A stretch of DNA of 51,613 nucleotides from positions 1-51,613 of the forward strand of contig JALRCN010000022.1 in NCBI GenBank assembly GCA_023257295.1. The letters are read 5' to 3'. Both the position numbers and the translations under genes were made by a program. This document shows positions 41,035-51,331 of the stretch, piece after piece. The notes under the pieces are model-generated. The model was given only the letters and a program-made list of their open reading frames with translations, made no database searches and was not told the origin of the DNA. Each line of letters opens with the position of its first letter. Position 1 is the first letter of the stretch. Source of the DNA: Nitrosomonas sp. (GTDB lineage Bacteria; Pseudomonadota; Gammaproteobacteria; Burkholderiales; Nitrosomonadaceae).

Positions 41035-41295
41035 GCAGTCTCCGGTGCGTTTACGCCAATATCGATGCAGCCGATTCTACGTGATCTTCCATAAACGTCA
41101 ACGCGAGCGGCGCACCCTTGCATTGCCGTGATTAAAAATCGCGGTTGCAAGTTTGCAGCAAACTTTAGCAAGGAAATTGTCATTACCGCACATGGCAAAG
41201 CCATTGCCCGGATTGCGCCCGATCGGAAGGATAAGTGACTGCGATGCGACGCTCAAGCGTCTGGATGCACTGCGTGGCGCGGTTGATCGCCGGTG

Positions 41296-43665
41296 TTATT
41301 TAATACAAACCACCCGCACCTGATGAATATCGGTAACGCCTTGCAGTACTTTCTCGATACCGTCTTGCTTCAGCGTTCGCATACCGTCGTCTAGCGCGGT
41401 CACCATCATGTCCGCCACACGGGCGCGTTCCTGGATGTTTTTTTTCAGCGCGTCGCTGGCCGTCATCAGTTCGTGCAACGCCACCCGTCCGGAAAAACCG
41501 GTACCGGCGCAGTCGTCGCAACCAACTGGTTTATGCAGCATAATCCGGCCGCTCTCGTCGCCATATTGCTTGACCCAGTGCGCACGTACTTCCTGATAAG
41601 CAACCTCTGAATTTTCCTTGAAGCGGTCGATATGCCTGAGTTCTTCGCAATACTCCGTCAACAGCGCATTGATTTCATGCTCACTGGCGGCATGCGATTG
41701 CTTGCACTTGCACAATCTTTTCGCCAGCCGCTGCGCCAGCACGCCGAGTAGCGCATCGGAAAAGTTAAACGGGTCCATACCCATATCGAGCAGGCGAATC
41801 ACCGATTCCGGTGCGCTGTTGGTATGCAGTGTGGCCAGAACCAGATGGCCTGTCAGCGACGCTTCGATGCCGATGCTGGTGGTTTCTTTGTCGCGCATCT
41901 CACCAACCATGATGATATCCGGGTCCGCGCGCAGGAAAGAGCGCATGATGACGGGAAAAGTCAGCCCCGATTTGACATTGATTTGCACTTGGCGCAAGCC
42001 TTTTTGCGTGATTTCAACCGGATCTTCCGCTGTCCAGATTTTTGTGTCGAAACGATTCAGGTATTTCAAAATGGAATGCAATGTCGTTGTTTTTCCAGAG
42101 CCGGTCGGCCCGCATACAAAAAACAGCCCATAGGGTTTGCTGACTATTTTTTGCAATTCTTCGCGGTTGCGCTCGGTGAATCCCATCTTTTCCAGCGGAA
42201 TCGGCTCGCCCGCCGAAAGAATCCGCATCACGATGTCCTCCACGCCACCCGCCGATGGAATGGTAGCGACGCGCAGCTCGATATCCAACGGCGCGAATTT
42301 CCTGAATTTGATTTTGCCGTCTTGCGGTTTGCGCTTTTCGGAAATATCCATATCGCACATGATCTTGATCCGGGTAATCATGGAATTGCGATAGCCGGAC
42401 GGAATCTCGATATAAGGCATCAGCGAGCCGTCCTTACGGAAACGGATTCTGGTTTTTTCTTTTCCCGGATAAGGTTCGATATGAATGTCTGACACTCCCA
42501 TCTTGTGCGCATCGACAATGATTTTATTGACGAGCTTGACCAATTCGTTGTCGGAAGCCGCCGAGGATTCTTCGATCTCGTTCAGCACATCGTCAACTTG
42601 CTCGCTTTCAAGATTGGTTAGCATTTCATTGATGTCGCCCGCACCGATTTCATCCTGATTGCCGCCAAAAAACTGTTCCACGGTAGCGGCGAATTCGCGC
42701 TTCGTGGTTACCGCATAAACGATTTTGTGCTTTGGAAAGATGGTACTGGCAATGCGCTGTGACTTAACTCGCTCTGGATCCAGCGACAAAACGACCAATC
42801 CGTCCTTACCTTCGTCGATCGGCAATAGCGCATTGCTCTCGACATAGTCTCTTTTTAAATTCTTCAGCAAATCCAACGGCTTGATAAGATCCGCTTTGAA
42901 TGGCTCATACTTGACGTCAAAAAAAGCGGCAATCGCCCTGCCGATAACCGGCAGGGCGATTTGAAATTCATCATGCAGAATATCTTCCAAATCGCGACCT
43001 TTTTCACGCGCGGAACGCGTCGCCAACTCGTAATCGGATGTGGAAATAATTGCATCGAGAATCAGATAATCGTATTTGGATTTCAGCAAATGTGCCGGTC
43101 TCTGTCGGTGCCTAAACGCAATGGCAAGAGTGCGGCAAATATCGGCCACCTCGTCAGCGATATCCGCCGGGAACGGTTGATTGTCGTTGCTATTAATCAC
43201 CTGAACCACGCCCATCAATTCCTGCGTTTCCGCATTCAAAATAGGAGCTGCCAGCATTTGCTTAGTCCGATAACCGGTTCGTTTATCGACATCATGAGAA
43301 AAAACCAACGCCGGATTGATTTTCTTCAACTCGCTTTTGTTGTATACATCCTCAATGTTGATAACTTTCTTCTGCAAACCCGAAAAACCGATTACGCTGT
43401 TTTCTGTTACCGGTATTTTCAAATCCTGGAACGAATCGAGACCGGCTTTCACACGTGAAACAAAAAACGATTTATCTTCGTTCAGCGAATAAATCGTCAA
43501 TCGATCCGCATTGAACAAAGCGCAAATATCCTTGCTGACCTCCAGCATGATTTCGTCAATATCGTTGGCGGCATGCACTTTGTTGATGACGGCCTGCAAT
43601 CGTTTGACGGAATCCCTGACGGATGTCTTTATCTGTTTGGGTTGCGTACTGACGGCTGTGCTCAT
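41296..43665 (-). CDS. GspE/PilB-family secretion/pilus ATPase with an N-terminal GAF domain
   Basis: GAF (VDKRTGYRTKQMLAAPI..GVVQVIN), SDIHIEP, GPTGSGKTTT, AEDPVE, LRADPDIIMVGEMRD, TLHTNSA. Confidence 0.9.
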   Translation of the reverse strand: MSTAVSTQPKQIKTSVRDSVKRLQAVINKVHAANDIDEIMLEVSKDICALFNADRLTIYSLNEDKSFFVSRVKAGLDSFQDLKIPVTENSVIGFSGLQKKVINIEDVYNKSELKKINPALVFSHDVDKRTGYRTKQMLAAPILNAETQELMGVVQVINSNDNQPFPADIADEVADICRTLAIAFRHRQRPAHLLKSKYDYLILDAIISTSDYELATRSAREKGRDLEDILHDEFQIALPVIGRAIAAFFDVKYEPFKADLIKPLDLLKNLKRDYVESNALLPIDEGKDGLVVLSLDPERVKSQRIASTIFPKHKIVYAVTTKREFAATVEQFFGGNQDEIGAGDINEMLTNLESEQVDDVLNEIEESSAASDNELVKLVNKIIVDAHKMGVSDIHIEPYPGKEKTRIRFRKDGSLMPYIEIPSGYRNSMITRIKIMCDMDISEKRKPQDGKIKFRKFAPLDIELRVATIPSAGGVEDIVMRILSAGEPIPLEKMGFTERNREELQKIVSKPYGLFFVCGPTGSGKTTTLHSILKYLNRFDTKIWTAEDPVEITQKGLRQVQINVKSGLTFPVIMRSFLRADPDIIMVGEMRDKETTSIGIEASLTGHLVLATLHTNSAPESVIRLLDMGMDPFNFSDALLGVLAQRLAKRLCKCKQSHAASEHEINALLTEYCEELRHIDRFKENSEVAYQEVRAHWVKQYGDESGRIMLHKPVGCDDCAGTGFSGRVALHELMTASDALKKNIQERARVADMMVTALDDGMRTLKQDGIEKVLQGVTDIHQVRVVCIK

Positions 43666-43684
43666 ATGTCACTCCTCAAAAATC

Positions 43685-44449
43685 CTAAAATTCGAATAAT
43701 TGATCGTTCTCAAGCCGTTTCGGATCGTATTTCCCGATAGATTGCCAGATTTCCTGCATCGTCTCATCGGCTTCATTCGGCTTCAGGTGTGTGATGTACA
43801 GCTTCACCGGACGCTCTAGTTTTTCCAGTTCCGCCGCCAACAAACTCGGACAAAGATGTTTCGAGCTGACCGCGATCTCTTTTTGCCGATTGCAAAATGC
43901 GGACTCGATAATCAAATACTGCAAATTATCGATCTTATTGACCTCAGTCCAAAACGCATCGTTGGTCGTCGTATCGCCGGAGAAAACCAGGCTTGTCGTG
44001 CCGGAATCCAATTGAAAGCCAACTGCGGGAACAGTGTGATTTGCCGGCAATGGCGTAATCCTGCGGCTATCGAGATGGATCGGATCGCCTGGCGATAACG
44101 CCTCGTAACGCATATACGGTCGGTCGCTATTGGGGATTCTTGTAAAATCCGGCCAGATTTGCCAATTGAATATGTGATTGCGCAAGGTTTCCAGTGTGGC
44201 CGGAAGCTCATGGATTACGATGGGCTCTTCACGCAAAGAACCAACGGTATCCACCATGAACGGAATAAACGCAATATGATCCATATGCGCATGCGTGACA
44301 AAGATATGATCGATTTTGGCTATTTCCTCCAAATGCAGACTGCTGACACCGGTTCCTGCGTCGATCAATACATCGTCATCCAACAACATAGCGGTGGTTT
44401 TATACTGCCCTCCTACTCCGCCGCTGCATCCAAGCACCCTCAATCTCAT
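43685..44449 (-). CDS. Class II (MBL-fold) 3',5'-cyclic-nucleotide phosphodiesterase
   Basis: LGCSGG, IDAGTG, THAHMDH, IFNWQIWPDF, HTVPAVG, THLKP. Confidence 0.85.
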   Translation of the reverse strand: MRLRVLGCSGGVGGQYKTTAMLLDDDVLIDAGTGVSSLHLEEIAKIDHIFVTHAHMDHIAFIPFMVDTVGSLREEPIVIHELPATLETLRNHIFNWQIWPDFTRIPNSDRPYMRYEALSPGDPIHLDSRRITPLPANHTVPAVGFQLDSGTTSLVFSGDTTTNDAFWTEVNKIDNLQYLIIESAFCNRQKEIAVSSKHLCPSLLAAELEKLERPVKLYITHLKPNEADETMQEIWQSIGKYDPKRLENDQLFEF

Positions 44450-44454
44450 CGAGT

Positions 44455-44898
44455 TTACCTCTCAGCGTAGTGATTATTAACCAATAACACGGGAATACCG
44501 GACAATTGCATGACCTTATTGGTCACCGATCCAAGCAATAAACCTTTCATTCCGCCTCTGCCGCGTGGCCCCATAACAATCAGATCGTAACCCTTCTCGA
44601 CAGCAAAACGCACGATCATGTCGGCGGAATCGCCCACAGTAATATGGTACTGATAGGCAATCTCTGCCCGATCAAGAAAATCGCGGGCACTTTGCAGGCT
44701 TTTCAAGCCTTCTTCCTGATGATATTGCTTGATGTCCGCCTGATTGATAAACAGAGAAACATTGCCGTCCAACGGATATTGTACGTTGAGCAAATGCAAT
44801 TCCGGGTTCTCCCGAAACCAACTGCCGCATTGGATAAAATCGGCCACCGCTTTGGTTGAATTTTCTGAACCGTCGACCGGCAATAAAACTTTTAGCAT
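44455..44898 (-). CDS. Universal stress protein
   Basis: VLLPVDGSENS, IVMGPRGRG..LLLGSVTNKV..PVLLV. Confidence 0.92.
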   Translation of the reverse strand: MLKVLLPVDGSENSTKAVADFIQCGSWFRENPELHLLNVQYPLDGNVSLFINQADIKQYHQEEGLKSLQSARDFLDRAEIAYQYHITVGDSADMIVRFAVEKGYDLIVMGPRGRGGMKGLLLGSVTNKVMQLSGIPVLLVNNHYAER

Positions 44899-44926
44899 GA
44901 TCAATTCCTCAATTTAAAATGAGCGG

Positions 44927-45649
44927 TTATTGCTTCGGTGCTTGCTCATCGGCCAAATCCACCACCGGCAGCGTTTTACCCGGTTTCCGCGCAGCCAGAA
45001 ACTTGCCGACCGCGACAACCAATAACGCCACCGCGACAGGCGCGACCCAATACAAATAAGCGGCATGAACACTAACCCATTCTTTCGTCACCACGTCGGT
45101 CACCGCCATATCCCCGGCGATCCATCCTAACAATCCCGCACCAACTGCAATCGTAACCGGATAACGATCCATGACCTTCATCACGAATTGACTGCCCCAA
45201 ACGATGATGGGCACGCTGATCACCAAACCGAAAATCACCAAACCGATGTCATCCTTGGCCGCGCCGGCAATGGCAATCACATTATCAAGGCTCATTACGG
45301 CATCGGCCACAATGATGGTTTTGATTGCACCGATTAGCGTCGTGCTGGCATCCACTTCGTGACTTCCTTCCGGCTCCGGCTGCAGCAACTTGACACCGAT
45401 CCAGACCAATAAAGCTGCGCCCACGATCTTCAAATAAGGCATCGCAAGCAGATTCAGCGCGAAAAAAATCAACACCACACGCAGCGCAATAGCGCCAAAA
45501 ACACCCCAAAATATACCCAGCTTGCGTTGCTGCTCGGGCAAGCGGCGGCACGCCAATGCAATGACAACCGCATTATCGCCGCCCAGGACGATATCGATTG
45601 CAATAATCTGCAATACAGCAACCCAGAATTGCGGACTATCGAAACCCAT
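44927..45649 (-). CDS. TerC-family (YjbE-like) membrane protein
   Basis: IDIVLGGDNAVVIALA and ADAVMSLDNVIAIAGAA repeats. Confidence 0.9.
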   Translation of the reverse strand: MGFDSPQFWVAVLQIIAIDIVLGGDNAVVIALACRRLPEQQRKLGIFWGVFGAIALRVVLIFFALNLLAMPYLKIVGAALLVWIGVKLLQPEPEGSHEVDASTTLIGAIKTIIVADAVMSLDNVIAIAGAAKDDIGLVIFGLVISVPIIVWGSQFVMKVMDRYPVTIAVGAGLLGWIAGDMAVTDVVTKEWVSVHAAYLYWVAPVAVALLVVAVGKFLAARKPGKTLPVVDLADEQAPKQ

Positions 45650-45697
45650 TAACACTTTTCCCAAAAAATAAATGCCATAACCATTCCCAACCTGCTT

Positions 45698-46870
45698 CTA
45701 TTGCGCATCTTGAGTCCCGATAAACTTCAGCAACTCCTCTTTCTGCTGCATGGTATCGTTATAGCCCAATTGAATCAGTTCGCGGCAAAAAGGCATTTCA
45801 AACAACACATAACTCAACAAAGTCGAACCATTCGGCCCCATCGCACCGATGGCGCGATACAAGTAACGCATGATTCTCGGTAGCGTACTGGTATATTTCT
45901 GCGCAATTTCGTTGATGCCCTGACTGGGTAATATCATCATCGCTTCGACAGGACGCAATGCTATGTTTTTTTGCGCAAATACTTCCGGAGGAATCAGTTT
46001 CAGCGTTTCATTGATGCGCAATAGACGCTCCAAATCGACATCCAGACTATCCACAAAAATACTGTTCAATGCATGTCCGGCAATCTGGGCGAAAGGTGGA
46101 TAACCGGTTGCGCTGACGCGTTTAGGTTCTTCGGTTACCATCTTGCGCACTCCGATGATCAATACCTTATCGGCGCCTAGGTGAAGTGCCGGGCTGATCG
46201 GTGCCAACTGTCGCATCGAACCGTCGCCGAAAAACTCGCGATTGAGTTTAACCGCTGGAAAAATAAACGGTATTGCCGAGGATGCCATCAAATGCTCAAT
46301 GCCGATAGCGACCGGTATGCCTAATCGTTGCGCTCTTTTCCATGCCGTTACCTGACTGGCCGCCTGGTAGAAAGTAACCGACTGCCCCGACGTATAACCC
46401 CAAGCGGTAAGCCCTAGCGCATGCAACGCACCGGTGCGGATACAATGTTGAATCATGCGAAAAGAAAATTGATTTCTCAACAAAGCTTGCAACGGTGAAC
46501 TATCGAGCAATGAAATTGCGTTATGTTTACCGTATTCCGTCGATACCAGAGAAATCAGGCAGCGCATCGTGTTACGCGCAACGCCCGCCAAATCCGATCG
46601 ATAAATATGGTTGACATGAAAATTCGACCAAACCGCTTCAAGCCGCTCCACGCCTTCCGCAAAGTTATTGGCGGAAGCCGCGATACTGGCTGCGTTGATG
46701 GCACCCGCCGAAGTGCCGCAGATCACGGGAAACGGGTTGCGCCGCTTATTTGGCAACAGATCGGCAATCGCACGCAACACGCCCACTTGGTACGCTGCGC
46801 GCGCGCCACCGCCGGTCAGAACCAAGCCAACCTTAGGTTTAACTATAATATCTTTAGTTTTCTCATGCAC
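45698..46870 (-). CDS. Patatin-like phospholipase
   Basis: GGGARAAY, GTSAG nucleophile elbow, DGS catalytic motif. Confidence 0.9.
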   Translation of the reverse strand: MHEKTKDIIVKPKVGLVLTGGGARAAYQVGVLRAIADLLPNKRRNPFPVICGTSAGAINAASIAASANNFAEGVERLEAVWSNFHVNHIYRSDLAGVARNTMRCLISLVSTEYGKHNAISLLDSSPLQALLRNQFSFRMIQHCIRTGALHALGLTAWGYTSGQSVTFYQAASQVTAWKRAQRLGIPVAIGIEHLMASSAIPFIFPAVKLNREFFGDGSMRQLAPISPALHLGADKVLIIGVRKMVTEEPKRVSATGYPPFAQIAGHALNSIFVDSLDVDLERLLRINETLKLIPPEVFAQKNIALRPVEAMMILPSQGINEIAQKYTSTLPRIMRYLYRAIGAMGPNGSTLLSYVLFEMPFCRELIQLGYNDTMQQKEELLKFIGTQDAQ

Positions 46871-47120
46871 GCGCGATAAACTCGGATCTCACTTTCTCCA
46901 ACGCATCACGTAACGTTTCTTCGGGTAATTTATTAATAGAATAGGACAATACTTGCGCCGCCTGACGCACCGACTCCGGCAATAAGGTGCTATCCAGCTT
47001 GGCAATAAACACGGCGGCGGCACCGGTTGCATTCAATAGAGACTGACGTTCGTTCATTAATATTTCCATTTCTTCGCGTAACATGAAAACTTGCGGTTCT
47101 TTAAGTATAGTTGTCGGCAT
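46863..47120 (-). CDS. Small hypothetical protein
   Basis: 85-aa helical ORF with AAGGA RBS, overlapping the patatin start. Confidence 0.7.
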   Translation of the reverse strand: MPTTILKEPQVFMLREEMEILMNERQSLLNATGAAAVFIAKLDSTLLPESVRQAAQVLSYSINKLPEETLRDALEKVRSEFIARA

Positions 47121-47134
47121 GGCTCAATTCCTTA

Positions 47135-47412
47135 TATCGTTGACTTAGGATAAATCTGTCAGTCAATATAGCAGGGTCGCCGCACATCTAAATTTTGAAC
47201 TCTATGCCGTTTATCGCTCTTTTCCGCATTATAATAACCAACATACATAAACACTCTATCATGAATACTCGCCCTATCGTTGACTTAGGATAAATCTGTC
47301 AGTCAATATAGCAGGGTCGCCGCACATCTAAACTTTGAACTCTATGCCGCTTATCGCTCTTTTCCACATTAATAACCAACATACACAAACACTCTATCAT
47401 GAATACTCGCCC
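47135..47412. repeat. Tandem duplication of ~140 bp (47135-47274; 47275-47412)
   Basis: Two near-identical copies differing by 4 substitutions and one 2-bp indel; each ends in ATGAATACTCGCCC (pip start). Confidence 0.95.
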
Positions 47413-48361
47413 AGCGAATGCACTATACCCGGAAATTCAGCCTTACCGCCAAGACATGTTGCCTTTAGACCCAATCCATACGATGTACTGGGAAGAATCC
47501 GGCAATCCTTCCGGCATTCCCGTGGTATTTCTTCATGGCGGCCCCGGTGCGGGATCGACGCCGACGCACCGGCGCTTCTTCGATCCGCAATACTATCGTA
47601 TTATTGTATATGATCAAAGGGGCGCAGGGCGGTCGACCCCGTTGGGTGAAATTCGCGACAACACGACACTGCACTTGATACACGACCTGGAAATACTGCG
47701 GCAACACTTAACCGTCGACCGCTGGTTTGTCTTCGGGGGCTCGTGGGGCAGCACGCTGGCACTAGCATACGGCGAAGCGCATCCCGACCGCTGTCTCGGT
47801 TTTGCGCTACGCGGCATTTTTCTGTGCCGTAAACCGGAAATCGATTGGTTCTTATACGGATTGCGCAATTTGTTCCCGGAAGCATGGCGAGAATTCGCCG
47901 CACCGCTTTCTGCGGCGGAGAGAAACGATATTCTCTCCAGTTACCGTCAACGCCTGATGAATCCCGATCCGGCCGTTCACATGCCAGCCGCACGCCGCTG
48001 GAGCACTTACGAAGGTTCGTGTTCGACATTGTTACCCAATCCCGCGACCGTCAACTATTTCGCCGGAGATACCGTCGCACTTGGGCTTGCCCGCATGGAA
48101 GCGCATTATTTCAGCCATGACATATTCCTGCCGGAAAACTCTTTATTGGACAATGTACACAAATTGCACAATATCCCGGCCATCATCGTACAAGGCCGCT
48201 ACGATGCGGTATGCCCTATCGTCAGCGCAGACGACTTGCACCGCGCCTGGCCGCAAGCCGAATATCGTATCATTGACGACGCCGGTCATTCCGTGTGGGA
48301 GCCGGGCATTCAAGCCGCACTGATCGATGCAATGAATCGATTTAAAACTGTCCTGAAATAA
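47399..48361 (+). CDS. pip: Prolyl aminopeptidase (proline iminopeptidase)
   Basis: HGGPG, DQRGAGRS, GGSWGSTL, VQGRYD, AGHS. Confidence 0.93.
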   Translation: MNTRPANALYPEIQPYRQDMLPLDPIHTMYWEESGNPSGIPVVFLHGGPGAGSTPTHRRFFDPQYYRIIVYDQRGAGRSTPLGEIRDNTTLHLIHDLEILRQHLTVDRWFVFGGSWGSTLALAYGEAHPDRCLGFALRGIFLCRKPEIDWFLYGLRNLFPEAWREFAAPLSAAERNDILSSYRQRLMNPDPAVHMPAARRWSTYEGSCSTLLPNPATVNYFAGDTVALGLARMEAHYFSHDIFLPENSLLDNVHKLHNIPAIIVQGRYDAVCPIVSADDLHRAWPQAEYRIIDDAGHSVWEPGIQAALIDAMNRFKTVLK

Positions 48362-48366
48362 TCCAT

Positions 48367-48402
48367 CGATTGCATTCGCGATGAATTTTGCGAATGCAAT
48401 CG
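48367..48402. terminator. Inverted repeat between convergent pip and POT transporter (possible bidirectional terminator)
   Basis: cgattgcattcgc-N10-gcgaatgcaatcg, 13-bp perfect stem; weak U-tracts. Confidence 0.55.
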
Positions 48403-48412
48403 GGAAAGGTAT

Positions 48413-49936
48413 TTATTGCATGCCGTGCATCATTTTCTGCAATGCCTTGGTGAGCACAAGCAAAATTGCAGCCGCAACACCAGACAAAATAACGAAGATC
48501 ATGAAAAATTCATACAAACCCGTGATTTCAAATCCCACGAATTTCGGGGCTGCAGGCAATGCCGGATCGGGGTACAAGGCGCTCAATATGCCCGCAAATT
48601 TACTGGCTGCCGCCAACGACAAAAACCATACACCCATCAACAACGAAGCAAATTTCGCTGGTGCCAGCTTCACCACCATCGCCAAGCCGATTGGCGACAG
48701 ACATAATTCACCGACGGTGTGCAGCAAATACAAGCTGAATAACCACATCATGCTGACCTTGATGGACGGATCCAATCCTTTGACGCCAAATGCGATCACC
48801 AGGTAACCAGTCGACAAGAACAACAATCCCAATGCCTGCTTGGCGGGCGACGAAGGCTCCCAATTGCGGCGACCCAGGAATGTCCAGATGACGGCAAACA
48901 GCGGCGCCAGAATAATGATCAGCATCGCGTTGATGGATTGAAAGAAACTGGTCGGAATTTCCACACCGGCCAGATTTCTATCCGTTTGCTCTTCGGCGAA
49001 AAAAGTCAGCGAAGCACCCGCCTGCTCGAATGCTGCCCAAAAGAAAATCACAAAAAAGGCGAGAATGTAAATCACGCCGATGCGCTGTTTCTCAATGAAT
49101 GTCAATGACTTGTCAGTAATGATTGCCATTGGCGAAATGATCGTGATGGAAAAAATCGTCGCGCCGACGACACCTAAATCCAGCAGATGATACAAAGCGG
49201 CGAACAACCCCAGCGAAGCGATTGCCCATATGAGCATTTGCGTTAACGGCATTTTGGGTGCATTCGCATCGCTTTCCGTCAATTCCTGCCTCGCTGGCAC
49301 CATGCCGACGCCCTCGCCGGTCGGCGTGACGATAAATTTATTTTTAAGCAATTCAAACGACAAGATGCTGATAATCATACCGATACATGCGGCAAGAAAC
49401 CCCCACTTGAAATCCGCCGCATTGCCGCTATCTCCAAACCAGCCGCAAACCAACGGCGCCAGGAAAGCCCCCAGGTTAATACCCATATAAAATATGGTAA
49501 AGGCCGCATCGATCCGCTTATCCCCTGCCGGGTAAAGTTGCCCCACCATGGTGGAAATATTGGGCTTGAAGAATCCATTGCCCATAATCAGAAAACCCAA
49601 GCCCAAAAACAGCATCGGTTGCGCGAACGCAAGATTGTCATAATTCGATGCGGACAAAAACATGCAAAAATGTCCGACCGCCATTAAGATGCCGCCCACC
49701 AAAATGGCTCTTCGATTACCCCAATAACGATCCGCCATATAACCGCCGATCAATGGCGTCAAGTAAACCAGACCGGTATAGCTGCCATAAATCTCGGACG
49801 CCAATGCCTTATCGAACATCAAGGCCTTGATCATGAACAATGTGAAGATAGCGCGCATACCGTAGTAACTGAAGCGCTCCCACATTTCGGTGAAAAATAA
49901 AAGGTACAGCCCTTTCGGATGTGTCGTTGCAGGCAT
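48413..49936 (-). CDS. POT/PTR-family proton-dependent oligopeptide transporter
   Basis: EMWERFSYYGM, GGYMADRYWG, FYMGINLGA, ELCLSPIG. Confidence 0.93.
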   Translation of the reverse strand: MPATTHPKGLYLLFFTEMWERFSYYGMRAIFTLFMIKALMFDKALASEIYGSYTGLVYLTPLIGGYMADRYWGNRRAILVGGILMAVGHFCMFLSASNYDNLAFAQPMLFLGLGFLIMGNGFFKPNISTMVGQLYPAGDKRIDAAFTIFYMGINLGAFLAPLVCGWFGDSGNAADFKWGFLAACIGMIISILSFELLKNKFIVTPTGEGVGMVPARQELTESDANAPKMPLTQMLIWAIASLGLFAALYHLLDLGVVGATIFSITIISPMAIITDKSLTFIEKQRIGVIYILAFFVIFFWAAFEQAGASLTFFAEEQTDRNLAGVEIPTSFFQSINAMLIIILAPLFAVIWTFLGRRNWEPSSPAKQALGLLFLSTGYLVIAFGVKGLDPSIKVSMMWLFSLYLLHTVGELCLSPIGLAMVVKLAPAKFASLLMGVWFLSLAAASKFAGILSALYPDPALPAAPKFVGFEITGLYEFFMIFVILSGVAAAILLVLTKALQKMMHGMQ

Positions 49937-50070
49937 GGGTGGATAAATTAGGTAATCTTGTTCGAAAGATTATAGCGCAGCGATGACGCTCCGCTGTTTA
50001 CGTCGCCTGATATTGCGGTTAGTATGTTTGCAAAATTTTCTGTACCAATTACCCATAAGGATATTCAAGC

Positions 50071-50223
50071 ATGGCCAAAAAAATCATCATCGCCTCTCTC
50101 GCATTTTCTCTGACGCTTTTTATATTTTTTATAGTAACTGGCAATGAAACCGTGCTGGCGCCGATATTGCTCGGCCTTTTGGTTTGCTTCATCAGCTCAA
50201 TGATTCAATTATCGAATAAATGA
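50071..50223 (+). CDS. Putative 50-aa two-TM membrane protein (not in the ORF track)
   Basis: MAKKIIIASLAFSLTLFIFFIVTGNETVLAPILLGLLVCFISSMIQLSNK; AAGGA upstream of the ATG. Confidence 0.5.
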   Translation: MAKKIIIASLAFSLTLFIFFIVTGNETVLAPILLGLLVCFISSMIQLSNK

Positions 50224-50238
50224 ATCCTCCGCACTCCC

Positions 50239-51144
50239 TTAACTAAAATAGATTGTATCGTCACTGCGCCACAATTGCGCTGCACCGCGCACGCCGGAGC
50301 TGTCGCCGTGGATATTTCTCAGAATCGGAGTAGTGAATTCGTCATTAAAGACATATTGCGCGATCCGTGCTCTGCCTTCGGTATAGAGCCGGTCGATATT
50401 GGATAGCCCGCCACCGAGGATAATGGCGTCCGGGTCGAGAATATTGACGACTGTCGCCAGCGCGCGGCCAAAGCGATCGAAGAAACGCTGCATTGCAGCT
50501 TCCGCCAAGTCATCACCTTGCGCCGCAAGCGTGGCAATGTCGTTGGCAATCAATGCGCGATTGCCACCGTGGCTGTGAAAATCCGCAGCCAGCCCGGGAC
50601 CGGAGATTAGTGTTTCGACGCATCCTTGTTGGCCGCAATAGCAATTCGGCCCTCTCCGATCCAGAATGTTATGCCCCCATTCGCCGCCAATATGGTGATG
50701 ACCCTGGTGCAATCGCCCGTTGAACACGATACCGCCGCCTACGCCAGTACCCATGATCACGCCGAAAACCACGCCGTAACCTTGCCCCGCACCGTCGAAC
50801 GCCTCGCTCAGGGCGAAGCAATTGGCATCGTTGGCGATGCGCAGCGGGCGATCCAGCAGTGCTTGCAAATCCTCAAACAGCGGCTGCCCGTTCAGGCAAA
50901 CGGTATTGGAATTTTTCATCCTGCCAGTTAGCGCCGAAATAGCGCCTGGAGTACCGATACCAACCGTACATTGGCTACCGGCTTCGACTTCGAGCGTTTT
51001 GACAAGCCGATCAATCGATTGCAAAATCGCCCAATAACCTTCGGCTTGCCGCGTATCCACACGTTTTCTCAGCAGCTCGTTGCCGCAAGTGTCCAGCACT
51101 ACACCTTCTATTTTCGTACCGCCCAAATCGATACCGATTCGCAT
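50239..51144 (-). CDS. ROK-family sugar kinase (Mak/fructokinase-like)
   Basis: IGIDLGGTKIE, ANDANCFALSEA, GTGVGGG, GEWGH..CYCG..GCVE, HGDSSGVRGAA. Confidence 0.9.
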   Translation of the reverse strand: MRIGIDLGGTKIEGVVLDTCGNELLRKRVDTRQAEGYWAILQSIDRLVKTLEVEAGSQCTVGIGTPGAISALTGRMKNSNTVCLNGQPLFEDLQALLDRPLRIANDANCFALSEAFDGAGQGYGVVFGVIMGTGVGGGIVFNGRLHQGHHHIGGEWGHNILDRRGPNCYCGQQGCVETLISGPGLAADFHSHGGNRALIANDIATLAAQGDDLAEAAMQRFFDRFGRALATVVNILDPDAIILGGGLSNIDRLYTEGRARIAQYVFNDEFTTPILRNIHGDSSGVRGAAQLWRSDDTIYFS

Positions 51145-51287
51145 AGCTGATTTCAAGAGTTTTTTGCAATTTTGCTGCATTGTTTATTGCGATGCAAATC
51201 CGATCGGAGCCGACGAAAATAAACGGATAAGCAAAGTGTGAGCAAAAGAATCGGAGACTTACAATGTACCCGTGTCAAGCGCATAAG

Positions 51288-51325
51288 AAAAAACCCCTCA
51301 TCTTACAAAAAGATGAGGGGTTTTT
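51288..51325 (-). terminator. rRNA operon terminator
   Basis: aaaaaacccctcatctt-acaa-aagatgagggggttttt hairpin just downstream of the minus-strand 5S gene. Confidence 0.85.
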
Positions 51326-51331
51326 ATAGAA

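Noticed and set aside
47135-47412. Possible CRISPR array
   Set aside because: Only two long tandem copies, no unique spacers and no cas genes
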